Of a stretch of 64,000 nucleotides of DNA, positions 13,384 to 26,934 are shown piece by piece. The notes below the pieces were generated by a model. It saw only the letters and a list, made by a program, of their open reading frames with translations, had not been told where the DNA came from and did not search any database. Source of the DNA: Camelus ferus (Eukaryota); the NCBI RefSeq assembly GCF_009834535.1, contig NC_045697.1, forward strand, positions 35,838,001-35,902,000. Direction: 5' to 3'. Position 1 is the stretch's first letter. Each line of letters starts with the position of its first letter. The translations under genes were made by a program, and so were the position numbers.

Positions 13384-14559
13384 ATCACCAAGATGCTGCA
13401 GAAGAAAAGAGGACTCTTGGCTGGTGCAGCTATTTAAATTTCATACTATTACAAACCCCTCCTGGTTTTTCAGAGGCTTCTGTGGCGAATTTTGACAGCT
13501 GAGATTCCTGACCCTCCGTTTTGACCTAGCACCCCAAACCCACACGACCCTATTCTCATGGAGTGGGCGGGCTTCCTCTGCGTTTTCCTTCAACTCCAAG
13601 TTTGGACCTGTTTTCTCAAGTGGATATGTTGCCCTTGGCTGATGGTGACCTTCTCAAGGGTCTTAGCTGGGAGAGTAGTCCTCAGCCACATGAAAGACCC
13701 CTGCTGTGAAAGCTTAACTTAAACCACATTCCACAGATCACAGCCCCACCCCAGGAGAGCCCTCCATTCAAAGAAGATGATTGCACTTTTTTGTCTCTTA
13801 AGTAGAGCTCAAGCTCCTGGAAATTCTGTCAGGGATTCTCCATGGGATAATGAGATTTGCAGACAGGATGAACACCAGAGTACGTACCCCCAGAGTTTCA
13901 AAGAATTATTATTCTTTAAATCCTGTTTTCCATTTTGTTTGAAAATGAAGTTAAAGGGACAGTAAATTACCAATTGGCTTGTTTGTTAATGAAAACAATA
14001 TGGAGCAAGAATTCCAGCTTTAGTCAGCTCGAACAAAGCATTCGCTACCCAGGGATGGGTCCTTAAATTCTGGAGTGTGATTTCCAAGTTGAAAAGATAA
14101 AGAAAAAGAAAAGTAGGTAGATAATTCTCACCTTCTCTATTACAGGACACTCACTGTTACAACAAATAACCCCCATCTTAGTGACTTACCATTAGTCAGT
14201 TTTCTTTCTTGCTTATGCAAATCTCAATTGACTATAGGACAGGCAATCTAGTGGGGCCATCATCTTCTAGTTGAAATTTGGGGTTGTCACTAGACCCTCT
14301 GCCTCTGGCCACAGACAAGGAGAGAAGGAGCATGCAGGAGGATTTGGGGGCAAGGGAGGCTGATGAGAAATGCAGTCCTGCTCTGTCTCCAGGAAAAGGA
14401 GGGTGTGGATCTGGCGAGCCTTTAACTGGACTCTGGCACCTCTGTGACGTCCATCACTCTAGGTCGTCACACTGGCTTCACATCCCTCTCGGTCTTCTCT
14501 GTAATTCTTACCAAAATCACAATATTTGCATAATACTTTGTAGTTTATACAGCCCTTGC

Positions 14560-14950
14560 TGGTGCACTATTTTAATTAATCCTTCCAGTCATTTTAAGAG
14601 ACAGCAATTATTAATCCCCACTTTAATGATGAACAAATTGAGGCAAGAGTAAACGAGCAGCAGAGTTGGGTCTTGAGCCCAGGTCTTATGGCTCCAATCA
14701 CTCTACTCCCCCAGGGAGGCAGTGTGGTGAGATGGCTAAGGGACCTGGCTCGGGCACCAGAATGCCTGGCTGCAATCTGAGCTCTTCCCTAGTTGGCCAC
14801 ACCATCCCAGGCACTTGTTGACATTAGCAGGCACCGGTCTACAGCATGGGACAATTGAAAAAGTACCTCCTTCGCCGGCTCATTGTGGGAATTCCGGCTG
14901 GTGATGTCCAAGGTGCCAGCAAAGCTCCTGGCTTATAATAAACTTCGTCA
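14560..14950. mobile_element. Two MIR fragments in opposite orientation
   Basis: ATCCCCACTTTAATGATGAACAAATTGAGGC; GGGAGGCAGTGTGGTG..GGCTAAG. Confidence 0.55.
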
Positions 14951-15140
14951 GTGATTTGCTAATGGCAGCCGTGGGAAGAAGACTAAGAAAGCATCCAAAC
15001 TCATGTAGGGCCCCTGCTTCGAGCTCCAGGGTTTGCTATTGGAGGACATTTTCATAAATTTCATTTCCATGTAGAGAAAAGACCCTTCCGGCTGTGATAC
15101 AGAAAAAGGAGATATGGGAGGATGGTCACGGGCAAGTCCC

Positions 15141-15597
15141 TGTGATGCATCCAGCCAAATGAGGGTCCTTGGCTTCCTGCAGGAAGGAATTCAAGAGCGA
15201 GTCATAGGTGAGTGACAGATTTACTCAGAGAGATGCACACTCCATAGACAGAGTGCAGGCTGTCCCGGAAGGTGAGAAAGAGCAACTTCTAGGCGCAGGG
15301 CGGTTAGTGTTCATGGGTTCATATGCTAACAAGTGGGAGGATTATTCCAACTACTTTGGGGAAGGGGCGGAGGTTCCCAGGAATTGGGCCACCGCCCACT
15401 TTTTGGCCTTTCATGGTCAACCTGGGACTGTCACGGCACCTGTGGGCGTGTTATTTAGCACACTAGTGTATTACAGTGAGCCTGTAACGAGGCTCAAGGT
15501 CTACCAGAAGTCGAATCTGCTGCCATCTTGGGTCAAACCACTTTATGGCGTAACCTCAATGGCTGTGTCATTCCTTTAATGGTTGTGCACTGCCTCA
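15141..15597 (-). mobile_element. ERV1-type LTR (reverse orientation)
   Basis: TGT..GGGTCCTTGGCTTC..GGAAGGAATTCAAGAGCGAG start and CTGCCTCA end, as in reversed MER4-group LTRs. Confidence 0.65.
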
Positions 15598-16102
15598 GCT
15601 GCATTTTCACTTTTCATCACCACAGAGGGGAGCCCTCTGGTCCTTGGTGTTGGTCTCTCGGTGAGGGACCCACAGGCTTAAGATTCTCTCTTCAGGCTTC
15701 TGTCGCGTCAGCCTTTCACCAGTGCCAGGATGCACTTGACCCAGAGAGGAAGACTCCACACTGGAAACTGCTTCTGAGGGGCCCGTGATGAGGACTCATG
15801 CCCAGAGACCCAGCCCAAGGTGACTTCCAAGTGGGGACCCGCAGACACTTGGACCGTTTCATTTCAACACTGTGGGTAACTAGTAACTGTACCAAGACCC
15901 CACCAAGTTCCTGTAGACTCAATAATTTACAAAGACATTTCCCGCTTGACTGCCCCACGTCTCCCCCACGAGGGAGACGTGGAAGATGTTATTACTCTCC
16001 ATTTCTAAGGCTCAGGAACTTGAACCTCACTTAAGTGACCTTTCCAAGGTTGCATGGTTATTAAATAGCAGGGCCAGTACTAGACCTACGCTAGGCTATA
16101 AA

Positions 16103-16440
16103 TTGTGACTGCCTTTCTTAGTGTGGAGTCCTCCAGTGCGGGCTCTGAGAAAAGGATTTGGAGGCAAGTGGTCCCTTTTAGAGGGGACACCAGGACGTGG
16201 AGAAGTGAGAAGGGGCGGGAGCCAGGAAAATGTGTCGCCATGGGCAACCGCGGCCCCTCCTGCTGGGAGCCCGGGAGACAGCGCAGAGCTTAAGAGCCAG
16301 GGATACTTGTCTCTGAACCTCCAGCTGCCATTGCCTGGGGGTCCTCTCAGGGGCATAGACTCCTGGGCCCCTTCAGCCCACCTCATGTTCAGACTGACAG
16401 CAGGCCTTTGTGTGAAGTCCCAGGGCCTGCAGTAGGATCC
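16103..16440 (-). mobile_element. LTR16-like ERVL LTR
   Basis: CTCTGAGAAAAGGATTTGGAGGCAAGTGG..GAGGGGACACCAGGA resembles reversed LTR16. Confidence 0.55.
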
Positions 16441-17619
16441 TTCTGATGTGTGCTGTGATGGGGGTTGTGTAGGGGACATGGTGGGTCTCCAGCCGCATCA
16501 GCCCGGCAGGCTCTGGGTGGGACCAGAGACCTCCTGCCAGGGCCTCTCCCCAGCCCCCAACCTGTGCCCGCTGACACCTCTGCAGGGGTCCTTACTGGAG
16601 ACGGGACTTTCCCAGGGGCTGCACACATTTCCTGAGAGGGAAGGGACTAGAAGTAGCTGATGACAGGGATGTAGATTCAGGATTGAATCCAGCTCTGCCA
16701 TCTCATTGGGTGAATCACACTGACCTAGCGGAGCCTATTCCCCCTGCAAAATACAGATAATATGTATTGCAGTGGGCTGTTGGGAGGAGACAAAATAGAA
16801 AATTGAAAGTGTAAGCCCCTGACAGCAGGGACCACATGTGCTGTCCTCATCAGTGTCTTCTCAGCATGTAGCAGTGCTCGGGAATGAATGAGTGAGTGAA
16901 TGAGTGGAAGGAAGGAACTAATTGTGTGAGTACCTGCTCCATGGAAGGCTCTCAAAAACAGTTGGTTCTCGCCCTGCCTCCTGGTTCTGGCCTGTGACAT
17001 ACTACAACACTGTAATAACTGAACCAGGAGAAAAGGAAAACTTTAAGCACTGTTAAGTACTGTTTCATTCATTCATTCTCAGGGAGCCACTAAGTACAGA
17101 GTTTAAAAAGTGTTTCCCTAAGAAAGAGGCTCAGTGTCTCCCTGGCCTGTAGTCTGTCAAGCTTTGTGTGGACTTGCCCTCTCTCCTCTCCCTGCCTCCA
17201 GCCTGTGGCTCCTTCTCCTCCAGGACTGGCAGTTTTTCTGCCCAGGACCACCGGGTGCTAAGGGCAGGGACAGGGGAAAAGCTCTAACTTTCTGGCTGCT
17301 TTCTACACCTTTCCTCTTGCGTCCTGCCTGCCGTGAGTCTTCACTGCCCACCTCCCCCCTCTCCCACCTCTCACTGTACCCCAGCAGTGTACCCCCACGT
17401 GTACCCCAGCAGTAGCCATGAGACAACTTGCATCAGACAGAATCTCCTACCCATCTTGGGTCCCAGTGAGTGTTACTGTGAACACTCACATATCTTGAAC
17501 CCCCAAGCCAGAAATATGCTGCGCACGGACAGTCGTCATGACAACACTAAGACATCACAGGGCGACTCACTCCTCCCACAAACCCATACGAAGCAACTGC
17601 TACGTAGCAGGCAGTGTGA

Positions 17620-18930
17620 ATAAGGCGGAGCCTGTCTCTCCTCTCAGGGAACTTGAAGCCTAGTGGGGGAGGCAGAGTAAACACCGAATAAACATACAAT
17701 TACAGAGTCACAGGCAAAGTGAAAGAAATATGCGAGAGCCTGTAATAGGGGGATGGCGCCTCAGCTGGGAAGTTCCCTGAGGAAGTGGCATTTGCTTCGC
17801 AGTCTAAGACAAGGGGTGTGAGGAGGAGGGGACTGCCTGGTAAAACCCCTGAGGCAGGAAGAAACCCAACAGATGCAAAGACCTGAGAGGCCCATGTGAC
17901 TAAGGCACAGTGAGCCAGGAGGAGCAGGACCTGGATGATGCCTGAGAATTTCAACAACATGTCCCGAAGTCACACAGCCAGGACATCTGGGGGCTGGACT
18001 AGCCCCTAGGCTGGATTAGGCAGACCATTGTGTAACAGGGGAGAACAAATCTGACTCCATGTTGGATGTTTCTTTTACTTGAACCTTTCTATTCTGTTGC
18101 TTTTGCTACAAGCTAATCACTAAAGGGATGTTGCCTATAAGCTTAAATTATACGTAATAGCCCATCTCTGGTAACCCTGCCTCCCAAGAAATGAGCGCTA
18201 AACTGAATACCTTTGTTTAGCTCATGGGAAACACACTGGCCAGGCCCACCTGTGAATGACTGCAGGAGGGAAGACATTAACACATCCCCTCCGGAGGCTG
18301 ACTGGAACCAGGAAATGTTTGACTTTACCTCTACCCCGTTTAGCATAAAAGCAGCCTGATTTCTAACTCCGCCAAGGTGGTTCTTTGGGACACCAGTCCA
18401 CTATCTTCTAGGTCTGCTGGTTTTCCAAATAAAATCACTATTCCTTGCCCCAACAACGCATCCCTTGATTTACTGGCCTATTGTGCGGTGAACAGTATCA
18501 GCTTGGACCCAGTAACAAGTGTAGGTTTAAGTCAGTCATTCCATGGATGTTTATTGAGCACCTACTGTGTGCCACAGGCTGTTTTAAGCATTGAAATAGA
18601 GAAGAAAGCAAGTTCTCTTCCCTTAAGGAGTTTGATCTTCATCCAGAACCCTGAAAACCCCATGGGAGGATCTTAGGCAGGAGATAACAAAATCAGACTT
18701 GCTGTTGGCAGCGAGGTGACTGAGTGCAGAGACCATCTGGGGGGCCGCGGTGGTCAGGGTGAGAGCGAATGATGGCTTGGGCTGGAGATGGACAGAGGGC
18801 ATAGAAAGAAGTGAATACACTGCAGAGACATTTAGAAGGAAACCATTATAGCACCTGGTGATTATTTGGACGGCAGAGTGAGGGTGATGGGGACATCACA
18901 GGTAACTCCCAGGTCCCCAAAGAGGTGTAG
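17620..18930 (+). mobile_element. L2 fragments (~17620-17950 and ~18530-18930) flanking an LTR
   Basis: GGGAAGTTCCCTGAGGAAGTGGCATTTG; ATGTTTATTGAGCACCTACTGTGTGCCA. Strand given is that of these motifs as read. Confidence 0.55.
18031..18517 (+). mobile_element. ERV1-type solo LTR (487 bp)
   Basis: TGTAAC...GTAACA termini, CATAAAA box, AATAAA at ~18428, flanks ATTG / AGTG (4-bp TSD with one mismatch). Confidence 0.8.
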
Positions 18931-19204
18931 TGCCTTCCAAATCACCTGAGAATGAATAGCTTGTGTGCAACATTGTTTGAATATTTGGATTCTGTAAGAC
19001 CCTGGACACTGGCGTGGGACACAGTAGTTAACCAGAACTTGCCCTTTTCCTGACTATGTGTAGTTGAGGATGAATAAAAGGTGTGTGTGAGGAGGGGGGT
19101 TATTTGTATTGGTCAAAGTAGCATGTCTAAGTCTACTCTCTAATTTCACCAGTTGCTGATAAAAACATTTTTTTCAGAATATCCTTCATCATCATGAGAG
19201 TTAC

Positions 19205-19625
19205 ACTAATTTCCTAGGGCTGCCATAACAAATTAAAACTCCAGACATTTATTGGCTTCCAGTTGCAGAAGCTGGAAGTCCCTAATCAAGGTGTTGGCAG
19301 GGTTGGATTTTTTTGGAGGGTCTGAGAGAGAATCCATCCCACGTGTCCCCTCCTAGTTTCTGGTCATTAGCAGCAATCCTTGGCCTTCCCTGACTTGCAG
19401 ACACACCACTCCTATCTCAACCTCAGTCTTCACCGGCTTTCCCCCTTATAAGGTCTCCCATAAGGACCAGTCACTGGATGTAGGACCCACCCTACATCCA
19501 GATGATCTCATCTCAAGATCCTTAACTTAAATATACCTGCTAAGACCCTATTTCCAAATAAGTTCACATTCAGAGGGTTAGTACTTGGACAAGTCTTTTC
19601 AGGAGATGCCATTCAACCCATTACA
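19205..19625 (-). mobile_element. MLT1B/C LTR
   Basis: TTTCCTAGGGCTGCCATAACAAATT..GATCCTTAACTTAA..AAGACCCTATTTCCAAATAAG..ATTCAACCCATTACA. Confidence 0.8.
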
Positions 19626-20139
19626 AGGGAATAACCACCTATATTAGAAAACATGATTTCAAGAAACAGACTTGGAGAGAGACATTTCTGGGTTTCAAAG
19701 ATGTTCATAGAAACACCAGTTTTCTCTTTGTTGCTAAACATTAATTACCATGGTCTTTTTTTTTTTTTTTTTTTTTTTTCTGTTCCCAAATGCCTTAAAG
19801 ACGAGAGGAGGTTTCTGTAGTTCCATCTCATAGTTTATGTATAAACAGAGTAAACAAAGGATTTGATTCATTGTGCATGGCCTTGGAGACACATACAAAT
19901 TTTTTTCAAACTAAGACTAATTGTTTAGTTTAAAGGTTGATAATTTATGTGCCAAAGAGTCAGAAAATAACCAGAGATTAAAGAACAGCTGTGGATGAAT
20001 TAATTTTTATCTCCAAACACATGGCTGAGAACTGGAAATGTACCAGGAGGAAAAGCAAATAAACGAACTGAAAATCCTAATCATGTACATCAGGCTTGAG
20101 CTGATCATTTTCAATCTACTCATTGCAAAGAATTATAAT

Positions 20140-20400
20140 AGTAACAGCTTACAACGTTGAACATTTACCTTGTGCTTGCCAACCACCGTTCAAAACACTC
20201 TACATGTATTATCTTATGTACTCCTCACAACAACTGCTGTGACCATTATCACCCCCATTTCACAGAAGAGAATATTGAGGCAACAAGAAGTAACTTGCAA
20301 AAAAAAGAAAAAAAGAGAAGTAACTTGCTCAAGGTTGTAAAGCCACTAAGTAGAGAAGCCAGGATTTGAACTCAGGCAGACTTCAGAGCACCTACTTTAA
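20140..20400 (-). mobile_element. MIR carrying a poly(A) insertion
   Basis: CCCCATTTCACAGAAGAGAATATTGAGGC..AAGTAACTTGCTCAAGG..CCAGGATTTGAACTCAGGCAG. Confidence 0.8.
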
Positions 20401-21313
20401 ATCCGCATGTAATTTTTAAAGTCTTCTTTATTTTAAAACTCTCTCTATATATACATCCATACATATATACAAAATAGTGGTTATTTTTCTGCTCAAGGCA
20501 AAAATGTTGGATAAAATTCTGCAAGTTTCTACCAAGTTCTCAAACTTCTAGTCAGCCTTCATCTTCCTACCTTCCAAAATGATCATTTGACTGAATTTAA
20601 TGTCTTTCTCCCAAAAATAGTTATAAAATTGTTTATTAGGGCAGATGGTCTCTTTTTACTTATCTAGCAAGTATATAAAGGACTCCAGGTATTGGGGCAA
20701 GGTCACATGAAGGACACCCTCCAAGATTAAAACCAAGGAAGTCCAGATTGTGGATTTTGTTTTAAAAAAAAAGGGGGGGGGGATGAGAAGAAACCTATAG
20801 ATTAAAGGAGACTTAAAAGATATAGCATTTTCTTAAATGATCAAGACTAAACAAACCAGTGTCTAAGGATACACATCAGGTAATAAAATTATTTTTAAAA
20901 ACACAAGAAAGTGATAGCTGGAAAGTCAGCAGACTGGTTACCTCTGGGGAAGCAGGGGTATGATGAGGATGGGGCACGTGGAGGGGCTTCTGGGCATCTC
21001 CCAAAGTTCTATCTCCTGTCTTGAGTGATGGTTACAGGGATTCAACATGCTCACCACATCCCATGAAACCACTCATTGGCTTTATGTGGTGCTCTGTGTC
21101 TGTGTTTTATTTTACCTTAAACACATCTTTTTAATTTAAGAATAATTTAAGCATATTATTGCCCAATACAGGGGTAACCAGGAGAAGTGGTTAGAATAGG
21201 TGAGGGTAGTTCCTTCTAGGGGGTTGAATGGCTTACAGGTGATGAACTCCTATATTTCACTGTAAATCTTTTGATGCTGAGTTTTTCTGATTAAAAAATA
21301 AGTTAATTTTTAA

Positions 21314-21441
21314 GGGGGAGGGTATAGCTCAGTTGTAGAGTGTGTGCTTAGCATGCATGAGGTCCTGGGTTCAATCCCCAGTACCTCCCTTAAAAAATAA
21401 ATAAATGTGATTACTCCCCCCGAAAAAATAAAATTTTAAAA
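21314..21441 (+). mobile_element. Camelid tRNA-Ala-derived SINE (vic-1 type)
   Basis: GGGGAGGGTATAGCTCAG..GTAGAG..GCTTAGCATGCATGAGGTCCTGGGTTCAATCCCCAGTACCTCC, then (TAAA)n, a C tract and an A tail. Confidence 0.9.
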
Positions 21442-21949
21442 TAAACTAGGGGTAGTAAAAGCATACATGCAGGACTGTCCAAAGGATTTAATGGTGTGTA
21501 TGGCGCACCCAGCCCAGTGCCTGGCTGGCAGGAGGCACTCAGTAAGTGGTGGTGATTCTTCTCCCACATCAAACCGCAGGATGGAAAAACATGTCCACAG
21601 GTCCCCAGCACTGCCTGGCACATAGTATGCACTCATTAAATATCTACTTAGTAAATGAGTAAGTGAATATAGGGATTTCTTTATATAATTCAAAATATTT
21701 TCAACATAAGCTTCCTAGCAAATCCTTGCTAATTCTGGCTCTGAGCCAGCTCAGAAATGCTACATCATATAAAGGCATTTGCAATTAGTGTGAGGGAGGT
21801 ATGGAAGCAGGGCTCCAGTTAAGCATTTCAAAAGAACATAGCCTCTCTGCCCCCAGAAAAGCAATATTGAATAGAAAAGCAATATTAAACTCTAAATTGC
21901 AAAACTAACATATATACTAAAAATTTTTAAGCTGCTTTTTGCCCCACCC

Positions 21950-23860
21950 CTCTCTCCCAACATGTGCGCTAGACTTAGTGACTTGTTTCCAAAGAAGGGA
22001 GTGTGGAATATGAACAATAATGTTACGGTGGCAAAATCTGCAGACACCCCCGTAACTCAGGGACCAAGACCAACATCAACTGTGACAAGTCCTGTTGATG
22101 GTCTGCAATGAGAAGGCTGCCTCAACTCTGTGCAGTTCTTTCCCAAACTCATAAACTCAATCTAATCACAAGGAAAGCATCAGACAAATCGAAATTGAAA
22201 GACATTCTATAAAATATCTGACAAAACTGTCAAGATCATGAAAAAAGAGGGTAATTAGTTTGATTGTGGTAATTATTTCACAATGTATACATAAATTCAA
22301 TCATCACACTGGATGCCTTCAAAGAATAAGTTTGTTGAGTGAAAAAAAGTCATAAAAACTAGAAAAGAAGGCAAAACTGTCCCAGACTAGACTGTGGAAC
22401 ATGACAACTAAATGTGATATCGTATCCTGGATTGAATCCTGGGACAGAAAGAGGACAGTAGTGGAAAAACTGGTAAAATCTGAATAAAGTCTGAAGTTTA
22501 GTTAATAATAATGTACCAAATCTTGATTTCTTAGTTCTGACAAATGTACCGAGGTGATGTGAATTGTTCACATTAGGGGAAAGGGGTGAGGGCTTATATA
22601 GGAGCTCTCTGGAATATCTTTGCAACTTTTCTGTAAATCTAAGCTATCCCAAAATTAAAAGTTTATTTTTCAAGTGCTGCCTTTTAGACTCTCTCACTGC
22701 AAAATTCTTTAAGAAACAAAACCACAACTTAAGCGTATCACATGGGAGGGATCGTACTGCAGGGTGTGCCCAGTACATTAGGAAGCATCCTACTTTTTGA
22801 GTAATCCAGCTTTAAAGGAGTGAAGCAAAGAAGACAAAAGACAGACAGCCTTAGGGAAGGAAAAATGTTTTGAACACAAATCACCTGGCAGTGACTTCCA
22901 TTTCCAGGTAATAGCAAATCCTCACTCTTTCTTCCGTGGGTGAACTCCTGGAATGTTTGGACCACCTGATTGCAAGAACAGAGTAGGGAAGAAAAAAAAA
23001 AAAAAGTAGGGAAGAGCTTTCCACAGAGAGGGTTTGACCGGCTTGAGGAATTGGAGGAAGCCCAGTGTGGCCGGAGGGCAGGGAGAGGAGGAAGAGAGGG
23101 AGGATGTAAGCTCAGAGAGGCAGGGACCAGGTTGGACATGGCTTTGCTGCCATGCTGTGAAGAGGTTCATGTCATGAGATGCCACTGAGGGTGATGAACC
23201 TGGCAGAACCACCGTCTGAAGTCTTTCCGTGGTCCCTCTGACCCCTAATGTGATGCTCTGAGAAGGAACCTACCCAAAATGAATCAACTGCATTTATTTA
23301 CTTGTGAGGAAACCTCAGACAAATTCAAACAGAGGAGTGTTGTGTAAATGAGCAGCCTGCACTCTTCAAAGATCCTAATGTTATACAAGACAAAGAAAGT
23401 CTGAGATTAAAAAAGGCTAAAGACATGACAGCTAAATCTCTTTTGGGGACTGGATCCTAGGAGGAAAAGGAATTTTATAAAGGGCATCTTGAGGATAATT
23501 TGTGAAATTTAAATATGAACTGTATATTAAGTAATAGTATTGAATCAATGTCAAATTCCTGAATTTGATCATTGCCCTGTAGTTACTATGTTAAGAGGCC
23601 ACCCTTGTTCTTAGAGGATACAGGCTGAAATATTTGGAAGTGAAGGCCATGATGTTTCCAGTATACCCGCAAGTGGATCAGCAAAAATAATAATAAATAG
23701 TAATAATAATATTAATAACACTAAGACATACATATTCAAAGAGATAAAGCAGATATGGCAAAATATTGTAACCAATCGATCCAGGTAAAGAGTATACAGG
23801 TGCTTATTACTCTATGCCTGCAACTTTTCTGTAGGTTTGCAATTTTTTAAGATAAAAAGG
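21950..23860 (+). mobile_element. Old L1 (L1MC/MD-like) 3' fragments at ~21950-22670 and ~23250-23860
   Basis: ACATGACAACTAAATG..ATCCTGGATTGAATCCTGG..CTTTGCAACTTTTCTGTAAATCTAA motifs occur in both. Confidence 0.65.
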
Positions 23861-25337
23861 AAAAACAAATCCCTCAGGCTGCTGTACCATGAATGGACTG
23901 GAGGGGGCAGTAAAGAAGGTTGGTACAGGCCGGACAGCAAGGTGGCTTGGACTAGGCATTTGGCAGTGGACATGAAGAGGTGCCTGTGTGGTTGACACAT
24001 GTCTTGGAGGTGAAGGAATGAAGGGAAGAAGGCATTACATTTACACTTATCATTGCCACAAGTCTACGTGTCAGTTCCTTTCTAACTGGTATATTAGCAC
24101 AATATTACCTTTCAACACGTTACAATAATCATTAAAATCATCATCAGCATGAATGGTTTGTTATTGTTAATGTAATTATTACAAGCTACAAACTAATAAC
24201 TTGTTTCCACTGAGATAGCAAAAACTCTTGGATGAACTGTAACCACAGCCTGTGATCCAAGAGGTGCGCGGTGAGACCCCGGAAACGATGCTGAAAGCCT
24301 CCTGCTGGTTCTGATGTGCAGTCGGGTGGGAGAAACTCTGCTCTAGAAACCCAGCCTTCTCTCATCCAGGTTTGAGTTCCAGGCTCTCACCCCTGTTGTG
24401 CTGTGCCTCTCAGTGTTTCAGGGCAAACCCGCCCTCAGGATAAGTGGGTCCATTAATCACTGTCCCGGAAGCAGGGATTGTCTGATAGACAAACAAGATT
24501 ATTCAAGAGACCTTGAAGTCAAAGCAGGGGGTGACATCATTACTCTAATGAAGGACTTTGAAACAATAGCTCCTTAAATTCCCTCTCCAGCCCTACCCTT
24601 CAACTTTCAGATTTCTGAATTTGACCTCAAGAATAGCAGAATAAGAATATATTTGGCGGCATTTACAATTTAAATCATGTGACTTTTGGCAACAGTTACA
24701 AAACAACCCCAAATCAAGGAAAAACATTTCAGCAAGAAGACAAGTTTCACAACTGGACCAGTTGGAAACTCTATACCTTGGTGAAAGGGAAACATCGGAA
24801 AAATGCACATGATCAACTTTCAAGCCCCTCTCTTGGCTCTAGGATCCTTGAGAGAATTCGACACCAGATGAGGATAGACATCAAGTCCATCACACTGTCC
24901 CCCAGCAAGCTTCAAATTATGCTTCCGATAATTATCCTTAGATGATGGCTCCATGGTCTGCATATGTTAAACAAACATGAAACTAAAAAATCTTGTTTGG
25001 CATTCATAAAACCAACTCGTTCTCAAGTTCAGTTTTCGTTCTTGTCCAAAAGATTTAGAGTCCTTCTAATTTCCCTAAGTACTTCCCTGGACTAATTCAA
25101 CATTTGCATGTAGCTACAGCTCAACCTTCTGAGCCTGCTAGTGTCAATCCTTCCTGCCTTGGGGGCAAAGTTTTAAATTTAAATGAAAAAATACTATTTG
25201 TACAAAGATATGTGTGCAAAGATACCTACTGCAAGATTGCTTATAATAACAACAACAAAAAAAACCCCTAAATGTTCTTTAAATAAGTTATGGTATATCT
25301 ATATGATAGATTTATATGCAATTAATTGAAAAAAAGT

Positions 25338-25420
25338 TTTTTAATGGAGATCCTGAGAATCGAACCCAGGACCTTGTGCATGCTAAGCATGCACTCTACC
25401 ACTGAGTTATTTCTTTCCCA
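25338..25420 (-). mobile_element. Diverged camelid SINE (tRNA part)
   Basis: GAATCGAACCCAGGACCTTGTGCATGCTAAGCATGCACTCTACCACTGAG. Confidence 0.8.
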
Positions 25421-25449
25421 CTGCAATATATATATGTATATATATATAT

Positions 25450-25646
25450 TTTTTTTCTGAATGGCATTTTGTATCTTGCTTTTTATTTTTTAGTTTTGTT
25501 TTTTAAATTTTTTTCTTTTTTTTGCAGGGGGGAGGTAATTAGGTATATTTATTTATTTGATTTTTCAGTGGAGGTACTGGGGATTGAACCCAGGACCTCA
25601 GGCTTGCTAGGCATGGGCTCTACCACTTGAGCTACACCCTCCCCCC
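25450..25646 (-). mobile_element. Camelid SINE with extended tail, inserted in a (TA)n tract
   Basis: GGAGGTACTGGGGATTGAACCCAGGACCTC..GAGCTACACCCTCCCCCC, with flanking TATAT(G/C)TATATATATTT-like repeats. Confidence 0.88.
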
Positions 25647-26934
25647 TTATATATCTATATATATTTAATGAAGAAGCTCTAGTGTAGAAAGATTGACAAG
25701 ACTATTAACCTGGGGGGAAAAGCAAGTTGCAGAATAACATTTAAAAACAATTATGTTTAAAAAATCAAAACTAAATGCATATGTACATGTTAATATTCTC
25801 TCTGTGCATATGTATGTGTGCTAATGCAAGAAAAGTTCTGGAAGGGCCTGCTACAAACTTTCGTTAGTAGTTTACCTTTGAAGAAGGAAATGGAGTTGGG
25901 AGAAAGCAAAGGGAAACTTTCATTTTTACTTGAGTTAACCGGGTCTTGTTGGATTTTTAACTACAATCATGATTTGTGCATCACTCCTGTAATTTTCAAA
26001 ATATTTGTACATTAAGTCAAATGTATAAAAAATAAATAGCAAAAAAGCACTGTGAAGATTATTCTTTTTCTACTATGTTCTCCTAATTACAGACAATGAA
26101 CATTTTTATTTTATTTTTTAAATAATACAAAGTGTTTTTGAAAAGAAAAGATAATCATGTTCTTTAACTGGAGCTGGGGAAAGCCAGCGAGCTTCTGAAT
26201 AAAAGCCCAGTAGGAAATCCCTAAATGGTTCAGGAAAGTGTTGCCAAATTTGCTTCACATTTGCTACAAGGTTCCTACAAGTTTGGAGCAGCTGGTTTGC
26301 TGACCTGACCTTCAGGGGACTGACAGGGACTGAGATGCCTTCATGGCGGCCCCCACTCACTGTCCCTTTGGGCCCAGGACAGAACACAGTATCTGGGAGT
26401 CTGGTGCCCCATGGTGGGTGCTCCAGGGAGGCCTGCAGCCGGCAAGCCCCTCTGTCCTTCAGCAAGGGCAGAAACAGCACTTGTGGGGACAACGCTGACT
26501 TAATCAGATGCCCACTGCAGGGACCGCTCCTGGGGCCGAATTGATCCCAGAGCTGCCTATAGAAGTTTGTACAAAGTGCAGGAATGACAACTTGATGATC
26601 TTAGCTGTCTCTGCTCTGTCTGTCATCGGCTGACCCAGATAGCATCCACCTATGCCTGAGACGCCAATGTGCCCGAAAGGATAGGTAGGCATCAAACGCT
26701 AACTTTTGAACCAGGCCACAGCAGAGACCCCACATGAGATGATGTCTCTCAGAGAAGCGACCACACCTTCAAAGAGTCAAAGAATTAAGTTAGATGGTTT
26801 TAGCATCGTCTTACTTCTTCTCTTAAATTAATCTGGGCAATGTCACTTATTCCTATTTTAAATATGTTATTAAGTGGAAGATTTGACTGGTACCACTTTG
26901 TCCAGCCAGGCCTATTAATGAGTTAATAATGACA

